64,000 nucleotides of DNA, taken from the human T2T-CHM13v2.0 reference genome, Homo sapiens. Shown here in pieces: positions 41,549 through 53,110 of the stretch (positions are counted from its first letter, which is position 1; each line of letters begins with the position of its first letter). Below the pieces are notes generated by a model, which made no database searches, had not been told where the DNA came from, and saw only the letters and a list, made by a program, of their open reading frames with translations. The stretch lies in the NCBI RefSeq assembly GCF_009914755.1, contig NC_060944.1; one strand, 5' to 3'. Made by a program: the position numbers and the translations under genes.

Positions 41549-44500
41549 TAAGAGAATGCCATGGAGTTCCCAGACCTGTAAGTGGCGCAAGAGCGGGCCT
41601 CAATCAGGTCTGGTCTCTGCCCCTTTGTCCGGCAATGTCCTCAAGCCCTCCCCACCTTTCTCTTATAAACGAGGATGCCAAAGACAGCTGCATTCACAGA
41701 GCACCTCCTTGGAGCCAGGCCCAGGCAGACCCCTCCTCGGCTTCATTCAGCCCCTGTGGCAGCCCCAGAAAGGGCGCTACACACCCTGATCATGCTCTGT
41801 TCCCAGCAGAGACAACAGTCTCAGAGAGGTCAGGATTCTCACTCAAGGTCACACAGCTCAAAGTACAGAACTGGGCTTTGAACCCCAAAAGTCAGACTAA
41901 AGAGCCCACCCTGCAGCCACCATGCTGTGTGTAGCCGAGAACCTCGTGGGGGTCAGTTGTGCCTGAGAAAGTATGTGAGGAAACTGAAGCTCCCCCAAAA
42001 TCGTGGGGGTGGCCCCATCGTCCCTGTTTTCACTGTCTCTGAGTTAGTTGTAAAGAAAGGAATTTCTCTGCAGAGCATCGCTTTGAAGGAAAACTTACTT
42101 GGGGAAAAAAAAAACAACTGTCTCCGTTGGGAGCAATTTCCAAACGGGAGTCCACGCGTGGGTTTTTCGCTTGCTGCTTCAAGCAAATCAGCCATTTTCA
42201 CTGCAGAATGGCTGCAAAGGAAATGGAGAAAAGGCAGAGCGCAGCCCTGGGAGCTGCCTCCCAGCCTGGGGGCCGGGCAGGGGGAAACAGGTGCCACCTG
42301 GGCCTAGACGGGGCGATGCCTGGGAGGAGAGGTTGGAGGAACCGGGCCTTCCCACCACGGGGCCCTGTCTGTGGCCACCGCCGTCCACAGAGGCTTCACA
42401 GGTGCATGCAGCGTTCCTCCCCGTCCTCCTGGCTGCTGCCTTTTGCGGGAGAGTCGCAGGCTGGCTCTCGCTGGTGGGGCTTCTCTGAATTCTGTTTATC
42501 CTGGGTCTGGCTCTCTCCAACATGGCAGCTGGGGAGGCAGAGGAGGCGGCGTGTCTACCTTGTCACTGCCGGGGCCTGATTTACCAACAGGTCTGGACAG
42601 CGCTCCCCTCCTTCCCACGCCCCCACTGCTAATTGCCTGCCTGTAGAGCGGCCAGCCCTGTCTCGGCAGCGCGGCGAGTCGCAGCTCCGTCGTTGACGGT
42701 GTGTCCGCGATGTGCTGTGGGGTCCCGTCGTGGCGGCTGTGGACGGGCCACGACGGGTCTTCCTCTGGATGCTCTCAGAGTGGCAGGGAGCAGCCTGGGT
42801 ACTCTCCACGCTCGGCACAACCCGCCCGGGCTGGCAGTTAGAGAAGCCAGGGAGAGAAGTGCGGCCAGAGAGGCTGTCCAACCCAATTTCCCCGGGCTGG
42901 GTTATTTGAAAGTCTAAAACTCCCTAATACCAAGAGACGGGCGGTATTTAAATTTAAGTCTGGCTCCCAAATGAAATCTTTTCGTTCAACTGTTCAACTT
43001 TATTTGGAAATATGAAATGGTAACTTGATTACATGTTAAGGTAGCTTTGGTCGGGGGATTAGAGCCGAAATCTCTGCCCCTCTGAGTTCATCCTCCAGCG
43101 AATGGAATCCATCCAAATTAGGAATCAGTTCTGCTACCGCGGGCGAGCCGCAGGCCTGGTGGCCTGGAGGGTGGGGCATCTTGAGGCTGCGGGATTCCAG
43201 TTACTCTGCATGGCCAGGATAAGGGGGCGCCCAGAGCTCTGCGTTCCCCAAGGGAGGTTGGAAGGAAACGTTTAACTGTGTGCTTCCCAGAGCCCTAGCA
43301 AATCACTCGATGTTTATAAACTGTCAGTGAAAGTCATTTGTAAGAAAAGCTCCATTTCCAGTGGCTCTGCAGCTTAGAAAACTCAAAACTGAAAAACACA
43401 CGCCACCCAGGAAGGACAGGAGAAACGAGAACAGGCTCCATCGCTGCAGAGCGTGAGGCCGGCCCCCGCTGCGTCTGCTTCCAGGAGGCGGTGCCGAGAC
43501 GGCGGAGGTAATGGAAGCAGAAACGAGTGAAACTTTTTTGTTGTGTTTAGCAAGTATCTCTTGTCAAGGAAGTTGCCAAACTCACAAATGTTCTTGCCAA
43601 GAGAGAGGCGCCTGCTCTCCACACGAGCTTGTTGTTGGTAAGGAGGCACGACAGAAAACGTGTCAAGCTGGGACCCGGAGCAGGTGGTGGAAACAGCAGT
43701 TTGCAGGATGTCGGTCCTGCCTGCATGGCGGCCTGAGAGCCGCCCGAACTGCTGTGCTGAGGACGGGGCTGGAGATTCGCCCTCAGGTGAGGGGCTGGCC
43801 TCTGCAGGTTCTGTTTTGTCTCTGAGGCATCACCAGACGGGTGTCACCAGCCACATGGTGCAGGTGAGGAGACAGAGGACCGAGGCGGGTAGAAGTGACA
43901 GGAGAGGCAAAGAGCTGTCCCCTGCACAGCCACTGTCCATGCTGTCTGACCACCCCTCTCCACCGTCCAGCCTCTGCATCTGGCCTCGGCCTCACCCACT
44001 GCTGGCCACCAGTCACCTGGAGGTCAGCCACACCCGGGGGGCAGCTCTGCTGTCTGGACCTCTGAGCCACACCGAAAGCACTCAGTCCCCCTTCCTCCTG
44101 AAGCCTCCAGGTCCTGCCCTCTCCTTACCATATGGGTTCCCCTCTGAGCATCCCTCCTGTCTCCTCTGTGGACCTGCCCAGCTCTCGCCTGGTGGGTGTG
44201 TCAGGTTTCTGCTGCCTCATTGTGGGGATCCTCCAGGGGAGGGAGTGGCCGTAGCCTCAGAAGTGCAGGGAAAGTCCAGAGGGGAGTCCCCGTGTGGAGG
44301 CATCACCATCTAAGTACGAAACCAGAAGAAGAGATGGCTCAGAGGTCTGGAGTAGAACAGTCAGGACTCATCTGTTGCAAGGGGCAGAAGCCAACTCTAA
44401 AAGGCAGAGGCCAGTGAAAAGTGCAAGATTTATGGGGCACATAAACGGAACATACAGAGCTGTCAGCTTCAGGCCCGGCAGGATCTAGGCGCTCAGACAA

Positions 44501-46084
44501 TGCCAGAGTCAGCAGGCGCTTTCCCCTCATCCCGCAGACCTGCCGTCTTTGACATTAGCCCCGGTCTCCACAGAAGCCCCAGCGCCAGGCCAAGAGTGCA
44601 TCCCAGTAACTCCAAGTTCGTGGAAAGAGAGGTCCTTTCCTTCTTGTCATTCCAGCAAACATCTTGGGAGTGACTCATTGGCTTTGATGGGCTCATATGC
44701 CCAGCCGGAAGCCGGTACGGTGCTGAGAAGACTCTAGGCTCTGCTTGGCCAGTCCTTGACCCAGCCCCCCATCCCTACCCAAGCCACTAGAACAGAGAGG
44801 AGCAGAGAAGAACAGCTCCCTAAGGATCCCTGGGGTGCTGTCCCCAGAAGAGGGGAGAGTGGACAGTGGACAGTGAGCAAGCAAAACAAACAGGCATCTG
44901 CTGAGAAGTGGCCAGGATGGCCTCTGTGTTGGCAGATGGAGGTGGGCAGCATGGCTGGGTGTCCCACAGAGCCACACCCGAGCCCCATAACCATAAAGGC
45001 CAGCAAGGGTCAGGGCCACCTTTCCGGCCAGGCACAACCTTTCCGGGATCCAGAGGGTACACTCCCCTGCCCGGCCTCAGACACTCGCCCTCCTGCGAGG
45101 AAACACAGGCTCCTGTGTGCAGCACAGAGAGGGCAGCCTGCCCGGGGGTCTCGGACCCACCCCAGGTCAGAATCACCTGGGGAGCATTCGACTGCCTGAT
45201 GCCACCCAACCTACCGCATGGCAGAGGTATGTTTAAAACTCCCACGAGGCCAGGGCAGTGTATTGGGAGATGCTCAAGCTCATTGATCATCCGTGGAAAA
45301 CAAACTCAGGGAGGGGCCCTCTCACACCGGCCATCACCCCAAGATCATCCAGCCCTGTGGTGGGTGCATGAGTTGTCACAGCCAGAGCTCCACAAAGCAG
45401 ATTTAATTTAGAAAGAGCCAAAATATGGGATCTTCATTGCCCGGCAGTTGCCAGCTATGTAGGTATATGCTCAGGAGAGACCCACCATCACTCACTCGGT
45501 GTCCACTGTGGTGCTGTGGAAAGCTACGCAGGCCCGCTGGGAGGTGGGTGCTTGGGGCAAGGGGAAGGCAGGAAACCTCGCCTGGGGGCTCCTTCCGCTC
45601 TGTGGCACCCAGTACTGAAAGCATTGTGGTTCGGGGCACATTTAGAATGGCTGCAGGATGTCATTCTGGAAGGAATTCCACATGTGTGTCTGTTCTAGGC
45701 AACAGCCTATTCTGTAGGACAGTGCGGCAGTGACCTCTTAGTAGCCAAAAGGACCCTTGCGTCTTCCCAGATGTCAGAGCCAGGCGTCGTGGCCTGCCTG
45801 CCTGACTGGTTGGGGGTGGAGTGTTCTTGTCACCACTGGAGAGATGAGGAGGGGGGCGTCCACAGGGCTAAGGAAGCCTACCCAAAGCCTCATGCCCAGG
45901 ACAAGGAGACCAGGCACCACCACCTCCCACGGGGTTAGGAACACACGGGGAGGACCGTCCACTCGCCTGCAGGAGGGCACCAGAAACACAGTTTGTGCGG
46001 CCGTGCACACCCAGGGTGAGGAGGTGCCCTGTTAAAAGGGAGTGGGGAGGCAATTCCATACCCAAGTGAGCATCTGAGGAACAC

Positions 46085-46147
46085 GTGTGCACACACATGT
46101 CCACGCGCACGCACACACATGTCCACGCGCACGCACACACACACATG
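46085..46147. repeat. Short (CA/CG) repeat with a 22-bp duplication
   Basis: gcacacacatgtccacgcgcac x2. Confidence 0.8.
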
Positions 46148-47899
46148 CAGTACCATCGGAGCAGGTGGAGGGTGAGGGCTGTAGCAGAGGCCGGACTGGA
46201 ATCGCTCAGGGGCTGCTGGAGGAGCTGCCTCACCTTTCCCTTGGGGCTGTCTAATTCTGCGGGGGAAGTGAGGACACAGGAGGAAACCTTGGTCCCTGCC
46301 ACAGCTGCTGTGAGCAGACATCAGGGACATGTTCATCAACATGCATGTTTTGCCACACACATGTGCACACCGTCTCTGTGAGTGGGAAGTGTCAGCATCT
46401 GGGGGTGGTGTTTTGTGCCTGTTCCTGTCTCCTGCTGGGGAGGGGTGGCCACAGGGCCTGGAGGACCTGGGTAAGAGCCGCTGCACTCCAGGTTTTCCCG
46501 TAATGCACGGTACAGAGATGGGGGCTTCTCCAAATCACAGCTACACTTTGACAGGGGATCTTTTTTTAACTACTACAAAGCCCTCTAATAATGGGTTGCT
46601 AAGAAACTGACACAGGAGATGATTTTGAAAATGTCTCGCTCATCCCCTGATCTATGAGCTCCCAGGGCCCCGCAGCCCCGCCAGCCCCCAGCTGCAAGGC
46701 CAGTGGGGCAGGTGCCGGGAGGGCCTCGGGAGGTGCCTGGTGGGTCCTGCCAGACAGAGGAGTGGCCTGTGGGAGAACTGCCCTGGGGAAGGAAGTCAGT
46801 GATGTTGTAGAGACTGGGTGTTGTCCAGTCCATGGAGCTGTATTCAGAACCACCAGGGCCAGACCCAGCCTTGCTGTGGCCCCGCTGGGGTCTTTGGATC
46901 TCAGGAGAGTGGGCGGTGGGAGAGGATTCCCTGAGCTGTAGAGTTTACCCTCAGCTTCTCGTAACAGGGTGTCTGGGTACCTAAATGTCGGAATTTGAGG
47001 CTATTCAAGTTCAATGTGTTGGATTTGGAAATCTCCCTCCTCTTTCTACTCCATCTCCTCCCGGCTGGGAAGTTGCAGCCCTTTCTCCCCGTCAAGGTGC
47101 AGCTGTGTCCACCATCAGCGAGGGGAGTGTGACCAAGGGCAGGTGTTCCGTGCAGGGCTGGTTGGTGTGAGGCCAGCCACAGAGTGGTGGCCAAATAGCA
47201 TTCGGGGAGGTAAACAGAAGATTGTGAGAACAGCTGGGGAACTGTGGACGGCTCTTCAGACTCAAACGGTGTGATGAACAAACCGACTCGGAAAATGCCT
47301 GGCGCCAGTAGGAGGCCCAGCTAGCTGGGAGTTCTGAAATATAGGAAGGGAAGTGATAGGACGTCTCTGCACACAGCACATATCCATGCAGGATGGTCAG
47401 TACTGTCGCTTTCGTTAGGTTAGAGGCCGTCCACCGGGCAGCAGGCTGTGGGCCTGGCGGGATGCAGGCACAGCGCGATCCAGCACAGTGCTGGGTGGTC
47501 TGGGTGCCGCCTCAGGGCAAGCTGCCATAGCAGCGATGAGCCCACACACGTCTCCAGCCCTGACAATGAACCAGTAATCCAGCTCCTGGGAATCCCGGCA
47601 CAAGGGAGCTGAGACCAGCAAGTGTGGTCAGCATGCCCCTGCCACACAGAAGCAGCATGGAAATAAATCCTCCTTAGCTGAGCACTGGGCCCCCACAGCC
47701 TGGGGAAGGCTGCGGGGGCCCAGAACCGTGGCTCTGGCAGGAACAGAGCTGCAAGCCCCACCCCAGCCCTGGGTTCAAAATCACCCCGTCTCAGCCAGTC
47801 ACTGAGGAATCCTCACTTCCAGAACCCCACTTTGATTTCAAACCTAAGGGATACAATCTGTTTTCTTGGACTTGTTTCAAATGTAGCAACACCAGCTGC

Positions 47900-47938
47900 A
47901 AAAATAAATAAATAAATAAATAAATAAATTTAAAAAAA
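47900..47938. repeat. (AAAT)n / A-rich tract
   Basis: aaaaataaataaataaataaataaataaatttaaaaaaa. Confidence 0.9.
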
Positions 47939-48795
47939 TACAGCTACGTCTCTGTGCAAAGACACATTTATAATCACTCCGCCCTGCAGTCGGTGGGGAA
48001 AGCCTCCGTGTAGACTTCATTTTGAGTCTGTGGGCACATTAAGGACAAACTCTAGATCTTAATGATGTGTAGGTTTTGTCTCCAGCCCTGGCTCAGCCCC
48101 TCCCAGATCTTGCTACGTTTCGGAACATTAAAGGGAATTTATGCAAAATTCCTCCTTAATGTGATTTGAAACAGAAGAGCAGCCCCACACTGGCCCTCGG
48201 AGCAGCTTCTCCGGCAGCACGCCCCTCCCCAGGCTGTGAGCCTGCAACTGCCTTTCCAGTGTGGGAGCTGCTCCCGTCCAACCCGCGTTCCTGCATATTG
48301 TCCAGTCCAGGCGCTGGCCAAGGGCGAGTGTCCACACCCGCCCGCCTGCCCCCTCCACCTTTGACTGGATTCCAAGAATACTCTTGATACCCTGATGTGT
48401 TTGTTTAAATCAACTTCTTTTTTAAACTACAGACGTTGATTTTCGAGGACATCTTATGGAGTCATTGTTTAACAACAACAGCAAGTCAGTAGCCATAAAG
48501 ATAATGTGACTTTCTAGATTAAATACAATGTCAATACAGAAGTCATGTTATTGTCTAAAATGAGTGTGTGCCCACCCACCACAGAAGGCATCCCGAGTCC
48601 CAGCCACAGACGCCTGGCACCTTGGAAAATGCCCGTGTCCATGGCTGCAGGCACGTGGCCAGGGGTCCTCTGGACCCAGACCTTTGATTGGGAATTAATC
48701 TATATGTGATCTGATTCCGCGAATCCGGGTGGTGTCCTTTTCTTGTACTATTCAGACGTGTTTCTAGGAAGGACGTGCTGTCATGACCCGCCATG

Positions 48796-48876
48796 GTGGT
48801 CCCGGGGATGGTCAGCGGCGGGATGATGGGTGTGATGTGGTCCCGGGGATGGTCAGCGGCAGGATGATGGGTGTGA
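48796..48876. repeat. 41-bp tandem duplication
   Basis: gtggtcccggggatggtcagcggc(g/a)ggatgatgggtgtga at 48796 and 48837. Confidence 0.9.
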
Positions 48877-49547
48877 CGCATCTGTGCTACTTGGGATTCA
48901 AATTCATCTATGATCTTAAATGTCGTGGCAAATTGCAAATGACACCCAGGAAGACAAGTTTACCTGTTATCTGCGTGGATTACATAACTAAAACCAATTC
49001 CCAGTTCCAAGTATCCTGAAAACAAGTGACATCTCATTAAAGATCAAAGTCCCAGTATGCTGGATGATTAAGTGTAATTATAGCCATACATACTCGACAC
49101 GGGACTAATGAGTGTTCATGCTTGGAGGAGGGAAAGCAGGCTGTGAGCACACAAGGCATGGCTGGATCCCATTCTGGATCCGCCTATGCCGGGGACTGCA
49201 TGACAATGGGCAGATGAGGAGGCCAAAGCTGGGAACTGGAGTTTTAATGCCAGGAGGGGTTCCGGTAGAAAGCAGCTATTTTCTAACCAGGGCGGTGTTT
49301 TTCATTGCTGGGAGGCTGTTTGGACGAAGGCAGAACCTTCCATACTTGCAAATGTTACAACCAACAAGTACCTGAGACAAGGCAGGTGTCTAGAGTGAGG
49401 ACGGTGAGGTCGGAGCACAGCGGGGGGTGGGGGTCACTGCAGGCCACAGACCGTGGTGAAGAGCGTGTGCATTGCTCTCAGTGGCACAGGAGGCTGTTGC
49501 AGGCAGTCAGGGGAGGAAGATGGTCTGGCTGCCCTGTAGAAGACCAT

Positions 49548-49850
49548 CGTATCAGTTGGTGATTGCCGTGATAATCCTGCATAACAACCACCCATAAAAC
49601 CTCAGTGACATCCAACCACAAGTGTGTTTCTCACACATCCAGAGGTTTGGCTAGCGTTGGTCAGACCTGGACGGGCCTCAGCCGGGGTGGGGTGGGGGGC
49701 ACCTGAGCCTAGACCTGTTCTCAAGACGGAGACAGAGATGGGTGAGGGAGGCCGGGCCAGCCACACTAACATCCCACTGGCAGACCCCGGGAAAGGCCAT
49801 GGCCACCCACATGGATGTGTGGGTATGGCCACATGTGGCTATCCACCGGG
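49548..49850. mobile_element. Old MLT1-type LTR fragment
   Basis: gtatcagttggtgattgccgtgataatcctgcataacaaccacccataaaacctcagtgac. Confidence 0.55.
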
Positions 49851-49962
49851 CCAGTCGGGGCGGCTGTGCCAGGCTGTCGTCCCCCCCATGAGCCTGCTGT
49901 GTGTGTCTGTGACAGAGTTCCTTGTGCCATTACCAGGACTCTTCCCAGCAAAAACTGCCCTC

Positions 49963-50030
49963 GGCCAAGTTTCTGACCTGGGTTCTCAGACCCAAGTTCT
50001 GACCCGGGTTCTCAGACCCAAGTTCTGACC
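49963..50030. repeat. 26-bp tandem duplication
   Basis: ttctgacc(t/c)gggttctcagacccaag x2 plus partial. Confidence 0.85.
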
Positions 50031-51240
50031 CACTCTGCTCACCCGCAGTGGGAAGGAGCAAGGGAGCGTGTACGGGAACCAGAATCAGGGAGCCACAGGC
50101 ACACAGGAAGCCCGAGAGAGCCCCAGCCCGTGTGCCCGCCTCACCCTGCCTCCTGCCTCCCGCCCTGCTCCCATCCACCACTACCGACACCTCCCAGCCC
50201 CCTAACAAGCCAGGAACCACTCCAGGGCTATAAAACATTTAATTTTGGAAAAAATCAGTACTCTGCCGCTAGATGACGTGTAGCCGCATTCAGGGTCTGG
50301 CTGCCAGGGCAGAACCAAGCAGGGCCCGCAGTCTGCAAGAACTCCTGGGACCCCCAGATGCCTCGGTGGTCACTTCTCCAGTCTCAGCTGCTCAACAGAG
50401 CCACTGCCCCTTGGCCCGGCTTCTCCAGAACGCAGCCAGCACAGAGGGTATGGCCGCTCCAGGAAGCTTCGAGACGGGGGCTGCAGGAGCCTGCAGAGCC
50501 TGCGTTATCCTGCACTGCAAATGATGCTGCATTTGTAACGGGAGCTAGAAAGGAATCAGTCAAACGAACTCATGGCTCTTCATCCCCTGCAAAACTAATG
50601 GCGCGGTGCTGACTGCCGCATCCTCAGCAGCCGCGCCACATCCTCAGCAGCCCCGCCACCGCCTGTCACACCTGCTGCTCTGGAAGAACAACAGAAACCA
50701 CATTTCCAAAAAACCAAACATCCCCAAACTCTTAGAGAAAAAAAAAATGCAATCCCTGCTGAGGATGTGAACCAGGTGAAGTGAAGAATTGCTGGAGGAA
50801 ACATCCAAACGGCTTGAACTTTGGCAAGGAGCTTTTCCTGAAAGCTGGGATCCACATGCCGGCAGCCCAAGACCGCCCTCATCGGGGGTGGGAATGAAAT
50901 GCCCCTTCCCGGCTTACACAGACACAGCCCAGGAGAAAAAGCAGTGACCATTTGCCTGAAATCAAGATCACACTTTTGACAATCTGAAGCAAGGAAAAAA
51001 CAGCAGACATCTATCTGTATGCTTTTGCCATGAGGAAAGGAAGCTCATTTCAGAGCAGTGGAATCAACCAGTTAGAAATGGGAAAATGGTGGTTCCCTAG
51101 CCCAGAACATCCCAGGGCTCCCTGGCCTTGCCAGTGCTACTGTGTGAAAGCGGAGCCCACCAGCCCACAAATGAGCCCAGCCACTGCCACCCGGGGTCAC
51201 GCCCCTGCCACCCGGGGTCACGCCCCTGGCTGCCTACTGA

Positions 51241-51530
<290 letters not shown>

Positions 51531-51694
51531 CGCCTGCTGTCCTTCAGACTCCCCGCCTGGGCTTGGGTTTGAGGCCCTGTGTGGTTTTCCCATCTGCCCG
51601 CCTTCGTCTTTCCTGTTTCTCCCCCGCTGCGGGGGACACAGCACTCTCACCGTGCCTTAGTTCATCTGCTTCCAAGGGTGGCTGCCTAAGCTTC

Positions 51695-52050
51695 ACTCAG
51701 GTTTTCTAGAAGCAGAGCTGAGACTGGGGTTTAGGGGCATGTTATTGGGGGCGGGGTATCAGGGAGGGAAGTGGTAGGGGTCGGGGAGCAGCTAAGGGAG
51801 GGCGTGGTTGCAGCCAGAGACAGTCTCAGCCCCATCCCTGCCAGAGCTGAGGAGCACAGGCTGGCCTGGGGTCCCTGCCCTCAAGCCGTCACTGGCCCTG
51901 GGCTGCTGGGCCTGCCGGGTGGGGCTGCCATGGGCCAAGGGCAGCTCTCCAGAGATGGGGCAGCTGTGAGCTGTTAACAGCCAGCCCCCAGCAGCTGGAG
52001 AAGGGGTTCGCTGCCCAGGGAAATGGGTCTGGGCCTGGTACCGACTGCAC
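51695..52050. mobile_element. LTR16-like ERVL LTR fragment
   Basis: tcaggttttctagaagcagagctgagactggggttt...gggcagctctccagagatggggcagctgtgagctgttaacagcc. Confidence 0.5.
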
Positions 52051-52989
52051 CAGCTTCCACCTCTCTCTTTGACGTATCCTTTAACCCCCGAGAGAATTTC
52101 AGCCACCATACCTGGTCTGTATTTTCAGTCAAACCATCGCAAACATAGTCTTAAAATTTCATGAACACATTCCCTGCCCCTGGTATGTAATTTAGTCACT
52201 GACCAACAGATATTAACTGCAGTTATGTAGAAGATTGCTCCTTGCCAGCCAACGCCCTTTGGGGATAATACGGGGAGTTGGGGCTTGGATGTGTGCATTT
52301 TCCACGATTTGCATTTGTACAAAATGCTTGCAACCTCCTATCCCTCCCTCAACTACTGTATCCCAAATACGTGGAGGGGTTGTGCTCTCCAGGCCATGAC
52401 AGCCATGCAAGCTTCTTCCTGCAGGCCACCTGCACAGCCAGGAACAGATGAGGAAAAATCACAGCCGCCTGGTAACACACAAGCCCTAACATGATGACCA
52501 AATGGGGACTCTGTGGGGAAACTGCAAGTCCAGACGTGGTGGAGGCGCCCTGCCGAGGCTCTCCGGGCCGCAGGGCTGGGAGTCTCCACGCACACATGGG
52601 AGGCTGACTGCGAACCACATCCCGCTGCCTTCCTTTTCAAACAGAGAGAGCAAGGTTTTAAATTATTACTGCCAGAGATTTCAAACAGAATTTCTAACGT
52701 CCTTGGCAAACTCCTTTGGTTTTTAGTATTACCAGTGTAAACAAGATTGTGGTGGGGTGACCAGTTCAAATGGTTCACAAGCTCCCTCCAGCTCCTTGGA
52801 GGTCCCCAGCTTCGGGCCGGGATCTCCCCCACCCAGGGCCACACCCTCGGGAGTCCACGTGTGTCCTCACTCCCTTGAGGAGTCTGGAGTAATGTACTTA
52901 GCTACCAAGCACTGGGCCCCTCAACCTGCCCCTCCCCAGTGCCCCACATGTGCTGATAGCAGGAGCTGGGGGATGAAGTGAGCATCCCT

Positions 52990-53110
52990 GTGAGGACTCT
53001 GGGGACATTCTCTTTCCACCAATGGGGACCTGAGGCTCAGAGAGGCTGTCACTTGCCCACGGTGTCACAGCTGGAAGGCAGTGGCTTCAAACCCAGATGT
53101 GTAATTCCAA
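52990..53110 (-). mobile_element. MIR fragment
   Basis: atggggacctgaggctcagagaggctgtcacttgcccacggtgtcacagctgg...ttcaaacccag. Confidence 0.7.

Noticed and set aside
43660-44313. 217-aa ORF and other 150-230-aa ORFs in GC-rich stretches
   Set aside because: Non-ATG starts or overlapping ORFs on both strands, and no recognisable domain. Expected at this GC content.
45150-45720. Possible MER5 and old L1 fragments
   Set aside because: Too degenerate to assign a family or boundaries without an alignment.
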